Part shown: piece after piece, positions 31,193 through 39,512 of the stretch | Layout: each line of letters opens with the position of its first letter | Numbering within the stretch: position 1 is the stretch's first letter | Source: an uncultured Eubacteriales bacterium | GTDB taxonomy: Bacteria > Actinomycetota > Coriobacteriia > Anaerosomatales > JAAXUF01 | Direction: 5' to 3' | Assembly (NCBI GenBank): GCA_964541225.1 | Contig: CAZIPN010000009.1 | Span: 1 to 63,137 of the forward strand | Length of the DNA: 63,137 nt | The notes under the pieces: generated by a model | Databases searched by the model: none | What the model saw: only the letters and a program-made list of their open reading frames with translations | Told to the model about the DNA's origin: nothing | Position numbers and translations under genes: made by a program

Positions 31193-32596
31193 TCACGGCG
31201 ATGTGCGCTGCTTCACAGAGTTCGTGAGCTGCTGGATCTCCGTGTAGACCTGCCGCTGCTCACTCATGAGTTTTTGGATCTTAGCGGTTGCGTGCATGAC
31301 CGTCGTATGGTCCCGCCCACCAAACCCCTCTCCTATCTTCGGCAGGGACAGATCCGTCAGTTCCCGCGATAGGTACATGGCGATCTGTCTTGGATAGACG
31401 ATGGCCTGAGAGCGCTTGCTACCGACGAGATCAGCATGGCTCAAAGAGTAGTAGCGGCACACTTCTCGTTGGATAGTTGCGAGCGACACAGGGCGGTTGC
31501 AACGCTCCGGGAAGAAGTCCTTGAGCACCTCCCTGGCAGTGTCCAGGTCGACAACTGAGCGTCTCGAGAGGTCCCGCCATGCCCCGATCCGAATCATCGC
31601 CCCTTCCATTTCGCGAATATTGGGGGTCGCAATATTGGCAAGAAATTCCAACACATCCGCATGGACACTGATGTTCTCGGAAGCAGCGAATTCGCGAAGA
31701 ATGGCGAGACGCATCTCCATGTCGGGAGGTTGAACGTCTGCAAGAAGACCCATTGAGAAACGGCTCTGGTAGCGTTCCTCCATGTTGATGTCTTTGGGAG
31801 GACGGTCCGATGCGAGGACAATGGCTCGGCCACGACGCTGCAGCTCATTGAAGGTGTTGAAGAACTGTTCTTGGATACCTTCTTTGGTCTCAAGGAACTG
31901 AACGTCATCAATGAGAAGCACATCAACTGATCGATACCGCTGCCTGAAACCGTCGATTCTCTTCGCCCTGATTGAATCGACGTAGTCGTTGGTGAACTGC
32001 TCAGAAGTCACGTAGATGACTCTCTTGCGCGGGTAGTTCTGTACGACGTAGTGCCCAATCGCCTGAAGGAGATGGGTCTTTCCAAGACCTGGCCCTCCCC
32101 ATATGAAGAGAGGGTTGTATTTCAGCCCCGGAGCTTCTGCTACCGCGCGAGCAGCATTGCGCGCGAACCGATTGGACTCGCCAACCACGAATGAGTCAAA
32201 CGTGTACTTTGGATCGAACTCCGATGGAGTGATTGGTGCGGACTCTGCCTCGGCCATGTTCTCAGGAGCAGGGCGCAGGGTGCTGTCCGGGACAATGGAA
32301 GCGACTTCCGGGGCATCCGGGATAGGGGCGACGTTTCGGTCGACGACAATCCGTACGGACATGTCCGTACCAACGACCTGGCGAAGCGCAGCGCTCAGTC
32401 GCTGCGAGTAGCGCTCTTCCAACCAAGCGCGAGCGAAATCATTTTGGACTCCGACAACGAAGACACCGTCATCTGTAAGTTCCGTGGGGGCAGTGTGTTC
32501 GAACCACGTCTTGAAACTCGGGGTGTTGAGTTCGGCGCGAACGATCGCCAGGACTTCGTTCCAGACGGCCCCGATATCAGTTGTCGCCATCGTCAT
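31193..32596 (-). CDS. dnaA: chromosomal replication initiator DnaA
   Basis: [56 protein letters not shown]. Confidence 0.98.
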   Translation of the reverse strand: MTMATTDIGAVWNEVLAIVRAELNTPSFKTWFEHTAPTELTDDGVFVVGVQNDFARAWLEERYSQRLSAALRQVVGTDMSVRIVVDRNVAPIPDAPEVASIVPDSTLRPAPENMAEAESAPITPSEFDPKYTFDSFVVGESNRFARNAARAVAEAPGLKYNPLFIWGGPGLGKTHLLQAIGHYVVQNYPRKRVIYVTSEQFTNDYVDSIRAKRIDGFRQRYRSVDVLLIDDVQFLETKEGIQEQFFNTFNELQRRGRAIVLASDRPPKDINMEERYQSRFSMGLLADVQPPDMEMRLAILREFAASENISVHADVLEFLANIATPNIREMEGAMIRIGAWRDLSRRSVVDLDTAREVLKDFFPERCNRPVSLATIQREVCRYYSLSHADLVGSKRSQAIVYPRQIAMYLSRELTDLSLPKIGEGFGGRDHTTVMHATAKIQKLMSEQRQVYTEIQQLTNSVKQRTSP

Positions 32597-32623
32597 CTTC
32601 CAAGACCTCTATTCGTTGCTCGG

Positions 32624-33529
32624 TCAAGAACGGTTCATTAGGTTGGCGAGGAAGGAGAGCCCGTCCGGTGTCAGGGCCCGCTTGCCCGCGTCTGACTCGA
32701 TCAGTCCCGCATCTTCGAGCATGGCGAGATCTCTGTAGGCTGTGGAGATCCCCACTCCGAGCTCGCGCGATACGAGACTGGGCCCCGCAAGTCCCGCCTC
32801 CAGGACGAGCGCCAAGACCTGCTGCTGGCGCATCGACAGTCTCGGCGCTCCCGAATGGGTTTCGCTCAGTTCAATTTCAGACTCCGGCCGATCGCCAAGA
32901 GGAAGGAGTGTATCTGCGAGGTCGGCTGCTGCCAACGCGGGCTCGTGCGAAGAGGGAACTTCGGTTGCCGTGGCCTTTCCAGCATGAACGGTAACCACGG
33001 ATCCCGACCCGAGGTTGTCCTCAATGACGAGGAACCCCCCCGAGTGCGCAAGATACTCCTGCACGATAGGCAGTCCAGATCCAACTCCTCGAATATAGCG
33101 CTTCATGTCGCCGCGAGCCGTGGTGAATCCGGGCGCGAGAGCTCGTTCTTTGTCAGGGAAACCGGGTCCCTGGTCGGCAAACCGGATCAACGATCCGGAC
33201 TCCAGAATGGAGACTACGGGCTCGAGAAAGTCCGCATGAATGAAGTTCTCGGCTATCTCGCGAATGACGGTGTAGGGGATGTTCCCCCCCTCCATGCGGC
33301 AGAACTCGTACACACGGGTGGAGAGCGTCTCAATGAACTGATCTGGAGACGAGGGCTCGACGTCCACGATTCTGGGTGTTGCGGACGGGCCGTTGTACAC
33401 GGCAATCCGTGCCCTTATGTCTGTGCGCGCGCGCGACCCATACTGAGTACGCCGATCGTCCGAGGCCGTGACGGTGCCGAGGGACTGATCCCGAAGCTCC
33501 TCCATTGCCGAGGAATAGAACGATTTCAT
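32624..33529 (-). CDS. GHKL/HATPase_c ATPase fused to a C-terminal winged-helix HTH
   Basis: N box REIAENFIHA, G1 DQGPG, G2 GVGSGL; HTH SLVSRELGVGISTAYRDLAMLEDAGLI; no HisKA; start uncertain. Confidence 0.8.
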   Translation of the reverse strand: MKSFYSSAMEELRDQSLGTVTASDDRRTQYGSRARTDIRARIAVYNGPSATPRIVDVEPSSPDQFIETLSTRVYEFCRMEGGNIPYTVIREIAENFIHADFLEPVVSILESGSLIRFADQGPGFPDKERALAPGFTTARGDMKRYIRGVGSGLPIVQEYLAHSGGFLVIEDNLGSGSVVTVHAGKATATEVPSSHEPALAAADLADTLLPLGDRPESEIELSETHSGAPRLSMRQQQVLALVLEAGLAGPSLVSRELGVGISTAYRDLAMLEDAGLIESDAGKRALTPDGLSFLANLMNRS

Positions 33530-33560
33530 CTCGGTGCGACTCTCTTCCAACGTACTCAAC

Positions 33561-34093
33561 TTATCCACAGAACAATCCACAGAACGCCTTGCCAAGGCGA
33601 ATTCGTTAAACCCCTGCTAACTCCCGTGTCTACCTGCGCCCTTTCGTTGTCGAATTGCGTGTTCCACGGGTGTGACAAGGGCTTTTCGTACTTGTCCACA
33701 AGATCTTCCACATGGTCTCGCCACATTTCACTAGCTGCAGACTCCCTTTCCACAGCCATGCAGCTGACGGCGGGCGTTTGTTGCCGTGACCCACTGGCTG
33801 ACTGTGGAAAGAAGTCGCGAAAGCGCGGCTCCTGTGGAAAGAACGGCCGACGGGAAATGGGTGTCTGCGAACCTCAATGCGCTCGTCATGAGCGCAAGAT
33901 AGACTGCGAGGCATGTAGCGATAAGCGGCACATATTCGACGCCGAAAGGCAAATATCAAGGCTGCAAGGGGCTTGCGAGAGTCCTTCGAAGGCTTCGCGA
34001 TGATAGCAAGGGGCGCATTCAGGGACAATGACCGCATCGCGGTTATCCACAGGTTCCACAAGGGCGCACGCTGCTTTTTCCACAGTATCCACA
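33561..34093. other. upstream DnaA-box cluster (second oriC part / dnaA operon control region)
   Basis: Perfect TTATCCACA at 33561 and 34043; near-matches at 33573, 33692, 33704, 33746, 33803(rev), 33833(rev), 34052, 34076, 34085. Confidence 0.85.
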
Positions 34094-34293
34094 GATTCTG
34101 CAGAGGTTTTCGCGCGTCGGGCGGTTCATGCGAAGAAGAGTCGAGAGAGCGCGCAGTGAGGTCAGCATGACATGATTGCACCGCGCGATCCGGGGAGCGA
34201 TTGCACGAGCTGGTCGTGTGGAATTGACAGAGTGCGGGCGCCCGCATATATTTATGCGGCTTTGCGCCGAAGGCGGCGCACCGAGGAGGAACA

Positions 34294-34428
34294 TTGAAGC
34301 GCACGTACCAACCAAATGTTCGCAAACGCGCGAAGACCCACGGTTTCCGCGCTCGTATGGCCTCGCGCGGTGGACGCGCGGTTCTTGCCGCTCGCCGTCG
34401 CAAAGGGCGCAAGATACTCAGCGCGTAG
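34294..34428 (+). CDS. rpmH: 50S ribosomal protein L34 (absent from ORF track)
   Basis: TTG start after [51 protein letters not shown]. Confidence 0.97.
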   Translation: MKRTYQPNVRKRAKTHGFRARMASRGGRAVLAARRRKGRKILSA

Positions 34429-34456
34429 CAGTTCACCGTCGGCGAGGCGAGGCGAG

Positions 34457-34786
34457 TTGGACACCATCAAGTCCTCGCGCGAGATTGACTCGATCTTTCG
34501 CGAGTCAACCAAAGCCGCTCATCCCCTACTCATGGTACTTGTGACGCCCACTCCGGCTCGGCATGGCGCCCGGGGCCGGGTCGCAGTCATCGCCGGCAGA
34601 AGACTGGGTTCAGCGGTGCTGCGTAACCGCTGCCGCAGGGTTCTCCGAGAGAGTATTCGCAGATGCCGCGGGCCGTGGCCAGGCTGGGACGTGGCCGTTG
34701 TCGCAAGAGCGCAGACCGCTGCCGGGAAACCGGAGGACGTGGATCGTGTCTTGCGTGACCTTCTGGAACGGGCGGGAGTCCCGTGA
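34457..34786 (+). CDS. rnpA: ribonuclease P protein component
   Basis: [18 protein letters not shown] (RNR motif); position after rpmH. Confidence 0.92.
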   Translation: MDTIKSSREIDSIFRESTKAAHPLLMVLVTPTPARHGARGRVAVIAGRRLGSAVLRNRCRRVLRESIRRCRGPWPGWDVAVVARAQTAAGKPEDVDRVLRDLLERAGVP

Positions 34787-35025
34787 GCAGAATATGGCGC
34801 GTCTTCGTGCGCATTCCGAGCATCGTCGTCATGCTGCTCATCCATGTCTACCGGCGTGTTATCTCCCCCGCGTTTCCCCCATCATGCAGGTTCACGCCGA
34901 CATGCTCGGCATATGCGCTAACATCAATCGAGCGCTACGGGCTTGTAAGAGGCGGCTGGCTCGCCATCAGGCGGATTGGGCGATGCCATCCTTGGAATCC
35001 GGGAGGACATGACCCCGTCCCCTAG
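34783..35025 (+). CDS. yidD: membrane protein insertion efficiency factor
   Basis: [27 protein letters not shown]. Confidence 0.95.
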   Translation: MSRIWRVFVRIPSIVVMLLIHVYRRVISPAFPPSCRFTPTCSAYALTSIERYGLVRGGWLAIRRIGRCHPWNPGGHDPVP

Positions 35026-35054
35026 GACGATGTGTGCACGTATTGGAGGCGTTT

Positions 35055-35864
35055 GTGAGTTTCCCGCTGTGGGACCAGTTTCAAGCACTGATCTTCGCGG
35101 CTCTTCGCGCAACGGAAGGGGTCGTTGGCGATTGGGGCATGGCCATCATCCTGCTTACGGTGGCAATACGTGTTGTGCTCTTGCCACTGACATGGAAGCA
35201 GACCAAGTCCATGGCCGAGCTTCAGCGCATCCAGCCCAAGATCAAAGAGCTGCAGCAGAAGTACAAGGATGACAAGGAGAAGCTGCAGGAAGAGACGCTG
35301 AAGTTCTACCAAGAGAACAAGGTGAATCCCCTTGGTGGGTGCCTGCCAATGCTGATCCAGATGCCCATCCTGTTCGCGCTCTATGGCGTGCTTGGGCAGC
35401 GAGGCAAACAGCTTGGCCCGATGCTCAAGTACTTGCACGACAACCACATGGTGGGCACGTTCTACGGGATCATTCCAGATATTGCCAAGACTCCCCAGAG
35501 CGTGTGGGCCTCCCATGACTACATCATGCTCATTCCGTATTTGGTCTTGGTGATCCTGTTCGCCGTAAGCATATGGCTTCCCCAGGCGCTGATGCCTGGG
35601 GAAAGGACGCAGAAGAACATGGTCGCGGTCATGGCCATTGTCATGCTCGCGTTTGGCTGGGGCGCCCCTGCGGGAGTGCTACTGTACTGGGACGTCTCCA
35701 GCATCTGGGGTGTCGCGCAGCAGCAGCTCACGATGAGCAGCATGAAGAACGAGATCGCAACGGACGAGGACAAGAGCGAGTCATCGAACAAGCAGAAGGA
35801 CCCTTCCGCGCCAGCGGAAGTTGCCGGCAAGAAGCCCTCGAACAAGAAACCTAAGAAGAGCTAG
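35055..35864 (+). CDS. yidC: membrane protein insertase YidC/Oxa1
   Basis: WGMAIILLTVAIR, IQPKIKELQQKY, NPLGGCLPMLIQMP, LLYWDVS; GGAGG RBS. Confidence 0.95.
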   Translation: MSFPLWDQFQALIFAALRATEGVVGDWGMAIILLTVAIRVVLLPLTWKQTKSMAELQRIQPKIKELQQKYKDDKEKLQEETLKFYQENKVNPLGGCLPMLIQMPILFALYGVLGQRGKQLGPMLKYLHDNHMVGTFYGIIPDIAKTPQSVWASHDYIMLIPYLVLVILFAVSIWLPQALMPGERTQKNMVAVMAIVMLAFGWGAPAGVLLYWDVSSIWGVAQQQLTMSSMKNEIATDEDKSESSNKQKDPSAPAEVAGKKPSNKKPKKS

Positions 35865-35902
35865 TCCGGCGCCCACGGCGCTTCACAGATGGAGGTGTCT
35901 CA

Positions 35903-36643
35903 GTGCTGACGGAGTGTGTGAAGGAGGCTGCGACGGTCGCGGAAGCAGTGGATGCCGCACTGGAGGAGCTAGGAGTACAGCAAGACGCTGTCGAGTACGA
36001 GGTGATCGAGGAGCCTGGCCATAAGCGGTTTGGCCTGGGTGCCGAGCGGCAAGCGAAGGTGCGCGTCTGGCTGAAGCCCTCCTACCTGGCCGATCTGGAA
36101 GAGCCTGATGAGGGCAAGATCGAGGCGGACGAGGCTCTTCCGGAAGCACTGCGTGCGGATCCGTCTGAACAACTCTCCGAAGAGGATTTGGACCGAATCG
36201 CTGACACGGCCGTGTCAGCGATTCAGGAGATACTCAAGGCATTCGGCATAGACCAAGCCAGCATAGAGGAGTATGAGGGAGACGAGCAGGAGATCATCCT
36301 TGATGTTGTCGGCGGGGATCTGGCACTGCTCATAGGTCGCCACGGGCGAACGCTTGACGCCCTGCAGATTGTCGTCTCCGCAATCACCAGTCGCGAACTT
36401 GGTCTCCGCTACCCAGTCGTAGTGGACATCGAGGGCTACCGGCATCGTCGGCGACAGAAGATAGAAGACGTTGCTCGGCGTGCGGCTGATCGTGCGGCGC
36501 GTCAGCACTCCCCAGTTCGCCTGCGGCCGATGACGGCTTACGAACGAAGAGTGGTTCATGTTGTGCTCAGGGACGATCGGCGGGTGGCGACAGCCAGCGA
36601 GGGTGAAGATCCATTCCGGATGGTCGTGGTGAGCCCCAAGTAG
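35903..36643 (+). CDS. jag: Jag/EloR RNA-binding protein (Jag_N-KH-R3H)
   Basis: TVAEAVDAALEELG, LIGRHGRTLDALQ, PMTAYERRVVH. Confidence 0.94.
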   Translation: MLTECVKEAATVAEAVDAALEELGVQQDAVEYEVIEEPGHKRFGLGAERQAKVRVWLKPSYLADLEEPDEGKIEADEALPEALRADPSEQLSEEDLDRIADTAVSAIQEILKAFGIDQASIEEYEGDEQEIILDVVGGDLALLIGRHGRTLDALQIVVSAITSRELGLRYPVVVDIEGYRHRRRQKIEDVARRAADRAARQHSPVRLRPMTAYERRVVHVVLRDDRRVATASEGEDPFRMVVVSPK

Positions 36644-36692
36644 CTCGCACTCTATCCCAACGGCGTTCTCCATCACCCACTGCTGCCGGAGA

Positions 36693-36708
36693 GGTTTCAC
36701 GTGAAACA
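36693..36708. promoter_or_regulatory. parS centromere site
   Basis: GGTTTCACGTGAAACA, 15/16 match to TGTTTCACGTGAAACA; near parAB. Confidence 0.9.
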
Positions 36709-37429
36709 TCCTCCACCGCCTGCGCTGGCCCGCGAGTTCCAGGAGGGCTTGAGCGATCTCGGCCTTCAGGCGCCCACCGAGGTCGGAGATCGGTGTATTG
36801 ACTACTTGCTGCGGGTACTGCATGCCAACAAGTCTATCAATCTGACTAGAATCTCTGATCCGAGAAGCGCAGTCAGACTCCACCTGCTTGACTCCCTCAC
36901 GGCGATGCCCGAACTTGAGGTGTCACCAAGCGGCACAGTTCTGGACCTGGGCACTGGTGCTGGGTTCCCCGGAGTCCCCCTTTGTATCGCCTCTGGCAGG
37001 CGGACAGTGCTCCTGGACTCCGTAGCGAAGAAGACGGCCACGATCGCTCGGATCTTGGATGAGTGTCAGATTGAGGAGGCGAGCGTAGTGTGCGGCAGAG
37101 CCGAGGAAGTTGCACGTAGCGAAGAGAACGTTTTCGCTGCCGTAGTCTCTCGTGCTGTAGCCTCCCTCCCGGTGTTGGTCGAGCTGGCGACGCCCTTCCT
37201 GGAAGTCCGCGGTCGACTGGTGGCGTTGAAGGGACGCATTTCGAACGAAGAGGTGGATTCCGGTGACCGCGCCGCCGAGATTGTGGGTCTCGAGAGGGTG
37301 GGACGCAGAACGTTCGTGCTTCCGGGTGGGCCTGAGCACAGGACGCTCCTCGTGTACGAGAAGGTGGGACCTGGGTCCGCGACCCTGCCTCGCCGGATAG
37401 GCCTGGCGAGAAGGAAGCCGCTGGCGTAG
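36701..37429 (+). CDS. rsmG: 16S rRNA m7G527 methyltransferase
   Basis: NLTRI, HLLDSL, LDLGTGAGFPG, RAEE, SRAVA. Confidence 0.95.
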   Translation: MKHPPPPALAREFQEGLSDLGLQAPTEVGDRCIDYLLRVLHANKSINLTRISDPRSAVRLHLLDSLTAMPELEVSPSGTVLDLGTGAGFPGVPLCIASGRRTVLLDSVAKKTATIARILDECQIEEASVVCGRAEEVARSEENVFAAVVSRAVASLPVLVELATPFLEVRGRLVALKGRISNEEVDSGDRAAEIVGLERVGRRTFVLPGGPEHRTLLVYEKVGPGSATLPRRIGLARRKPLA

Positions 37430-37507
37430 GGAGTTTCGCCTGATCGCGCGTTTCTCTATACTGCTGGCGGGCGCGTGTGAAGCGCAACGAGGAGCGGCGG
37501 CCCGGGC

Positions 37508-38299
37508 GTGAGTTCGCCAAACCCGACGACAGGAGCAGAATCAGTGATCCTCGCAGTGGTGAACCAGAAGGGCGGTGTCGGCAAGAGCACGACGTCAGTG
37601 AATCTTGCGGCCAGCCTGGGGGCAATGGGGAAAAGGACGCTCCTGGTAGACCTGGATCCCCAAGGGAACTCGACGTCAGGCTACGGACTGGACAAGAACC
37701 GCCGCGAGCATTGCATCTACAACGCCTTGCTCGGTGACACGGAGATCCAGGACATCATCGAGCCAGTGGAGGTCGAGAACGTCTTTGTCGTACCCGCGAC
37801 GATCCAGCTGGCAGGGGCCGAGATCGAACTGGTCTCCGCATTCAGCCGTGAGACGAAGCTCAAGACGATGTTGGACTCGGTCAGTGCTGACTTCGACTAC
37901 GTCATCGTCGACTGTCCTCCATCGTTGGGTCTTCTGACGGTCAACGCGTTGACGGCTGCCGAGGGTCTTGTGATTCCGATCCAGTGCGAGTACTACGCAC
38001 TTGAGGGCCTGTCCAAGCTGCTCGACAGCGTTCGGCTGGTCAAGACCCACCTGAATCCTCGACTGGAGGTCTTCGGTGTGGTGATGACCATGCACGATTC
38101 GCGAACCCGACTGGCGCAACAGGTCGTCGATGAAGTCAAGGACTTCTTCGGTGACAAGGTGTTCGAGACGCTCATTCCTCGAACGGTCAGATTGTCCGAA
38201 GCACCAAGCTTCGGGAAACCTGTGACGCTGTACGATCCTCTTGGCAAGGGCGCGGCGGCGTACGACAACTTGGCGAAGGAAGTGGTTGATCGTGTCTAG
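37508..38299 (+). CDS. parA: chromosome partitioning ATPase ParA/Soj
   Basis: NQKGGVGKSTT, DLDPQGN, DCPPSLG, QCEYYALEG, RLSEAPSFG. Confidence 0.96.
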   Translation: MSSPNPTTGAESVILAVVNQKGGVGKSTTSVNLAASLGAMGKRTLLVDLDPQGNSTSGYGLDKNRREHCIYNALLGDTEIQDIIEPVEVENVFVVPATIQLAGAEIELVSAFSRETKLKTMLDSVSADFDYVIVDCPPSLGLLTVNALTAAEGLVIPIQCEYYALEGLSKLLDSVRLVKTHLNPRLEVFGVVMTMHDSRTRLAQQVVDEVKDFFGDKVFETLIPRTVRLSEAPSFGKPVTLYDPLGKGAAAYDNLAKEVVDRV

Positions 38300-39173
38300 G
38301 AGAGGGCTCGGCCGAGGGTTGTCCGCGCTTATTCCGAACGCATCTCAGGAATCGCAGGCCAGCGATGATGTGCACGAACTGGCAATCGACCTAATATCAC
38401 CGAATCCGGATCAGCCCCGAACCGATATCGATGAAGGAGGGGTGGCTGAGCTTGCCGATTCGATCGGCAAGGTCGGTCTTCTGCAGCCGATCATCGTTCG
38501 GCCTCTCGGGGAGAGCTACCAAATCATTGCGGGGGAACGGCGCTGGCGAGCCGCGCGTCAGGCCGGACTTGAGAAGGTACCGGTCCGAGTCCTTGCCAAG
38601 ACCGAGACGGAATCGCTTGAGATTGCGCTGATCGAGAATCTGCAACGGCAGGACCTCAATGCGATTGAAGAGGCTCGCGGGTATCGGAAGCTGTTGACCG
38701 AGTATCGGATGACTCAAGCGGAACTTGCAGACAAAGTGTCGAAATCCCGTTCGGCGATCACCAACGCCCTGCGGCTGCTCGATCTGCCGGATGAGGTTCA
38801 GGAGCTGGTGTTTGACAACAAGATGAGCGCAGGACACGCAAGGGCTGTGCTTTCGGTTCCGGACGAGACCGCAAGGTTGAAGTTGGCCCAGAAGGTCGTG
38901 AACGAGGGGTTATCGGTGCGGGACGCGGAGAATCTTGCGCGCCTCTACGCTGCAGGACAGGGCGACAGGGCTCCGAGGCCGGCCACACCGAAGTCCTTCA
39001 AGACGGTCGCTCGCAAGCTGAGGAGAATGCTCGCCACCAACGTGCGCGTGAAGCTCGCCAAAGACAAAGGGAAGATCGAGATCGAGTTTCAGAATGAAGA
39101 TGACCTGGAGCGGATCTTCACAATGTTGGTGCCATCTGAGTCGGGTGTGTCGGGCGAGGAGGTGCCGCAGTGA
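38292..39173 (+). CDS. parB: chromosome partitioning protein ParB/Spo0J
   Basis: GLGRGLSAL, PNPDQPR, IAGERRWRA, ENLQRQDL, KSRSAITNALRLL. Confidence 0.96.
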   Translation: MSRRGLGRGLSALIPNASQESQASDDVHELAIDLISPNPDQPRTDIDEGGVAELADSIGKVGLLQPIIVRPLGESYQIIAGERRWRAARQAGLEKVPVRVLAKTETESLEIALIENLQRQDLNAIEEARGYRKLLTEYRMTQAELADKVSKSRSAITNALRLLDLPDEVQELVFDNKMSAGHARAVLSVPDETARLKLAQKVVNEGLSVRDAENLARLYAAGQGDRAPRPATPKSFKTVARKLRRMLATNVRVKLAKDKGKIEIEFQNEDDLERIFTMLVPSESGVSGEEVPQ

Positions 39174-39463
39174 AGCGCAGCCTGGAATATTTTGCCATCG
39201 GGACGCTGGTCGGCGCGGTGATCGGGTTCTTGGCGGGGGTGCTACTAGCGCCAAGCAGCGGGCAGAAGACCCGAGAGCGCCTAGCGAATGAGGCGCTGAG
39301 GGCCGCTGAGCTTGCGCGCGCTGTGGCCGAGAAAGCAGAGGATGCCGCCGAGGCGCTCGGGGGACGAGTCGAGCACTACCTGGGGCGCGACGAAGAGCTG
39401 GCGTGGCGCAAGGTGCGCGAGATTCGAGAGGGTGTCCAGCGGTACACGCAAGCCCAGGCATGA
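39170..39463 (+). CDS. YtxH domain-containing protein
   Basis: FAIGTLVGAVIGFLAGVLLAPSSGQKTRE. Confidence 0.85.
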   Translation: MKRSLEYFAIGTLVGAVIGFLAGVLLAPSSGQKTRERLANEALRAAELARAVAEKAEDAAEALGGRVEHYLGRDEELAWRKVREIREGVQRYTQAQA

Positions 39464-39512
39464 TGTCAGACCCATCTGGCACTCTCGTTCCATTGGGAAT
39501 GAGGAGTGTCTG

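Noticed and set aside
33630..34436. 268-aa minus-strand ORF and other ORFs across the DnaA-box cluster
   Set aside because: It overlaps rpmH antisense and the DnaA boxes; recurring LWI/LWK/VDN words are just translated DnaA boxes.
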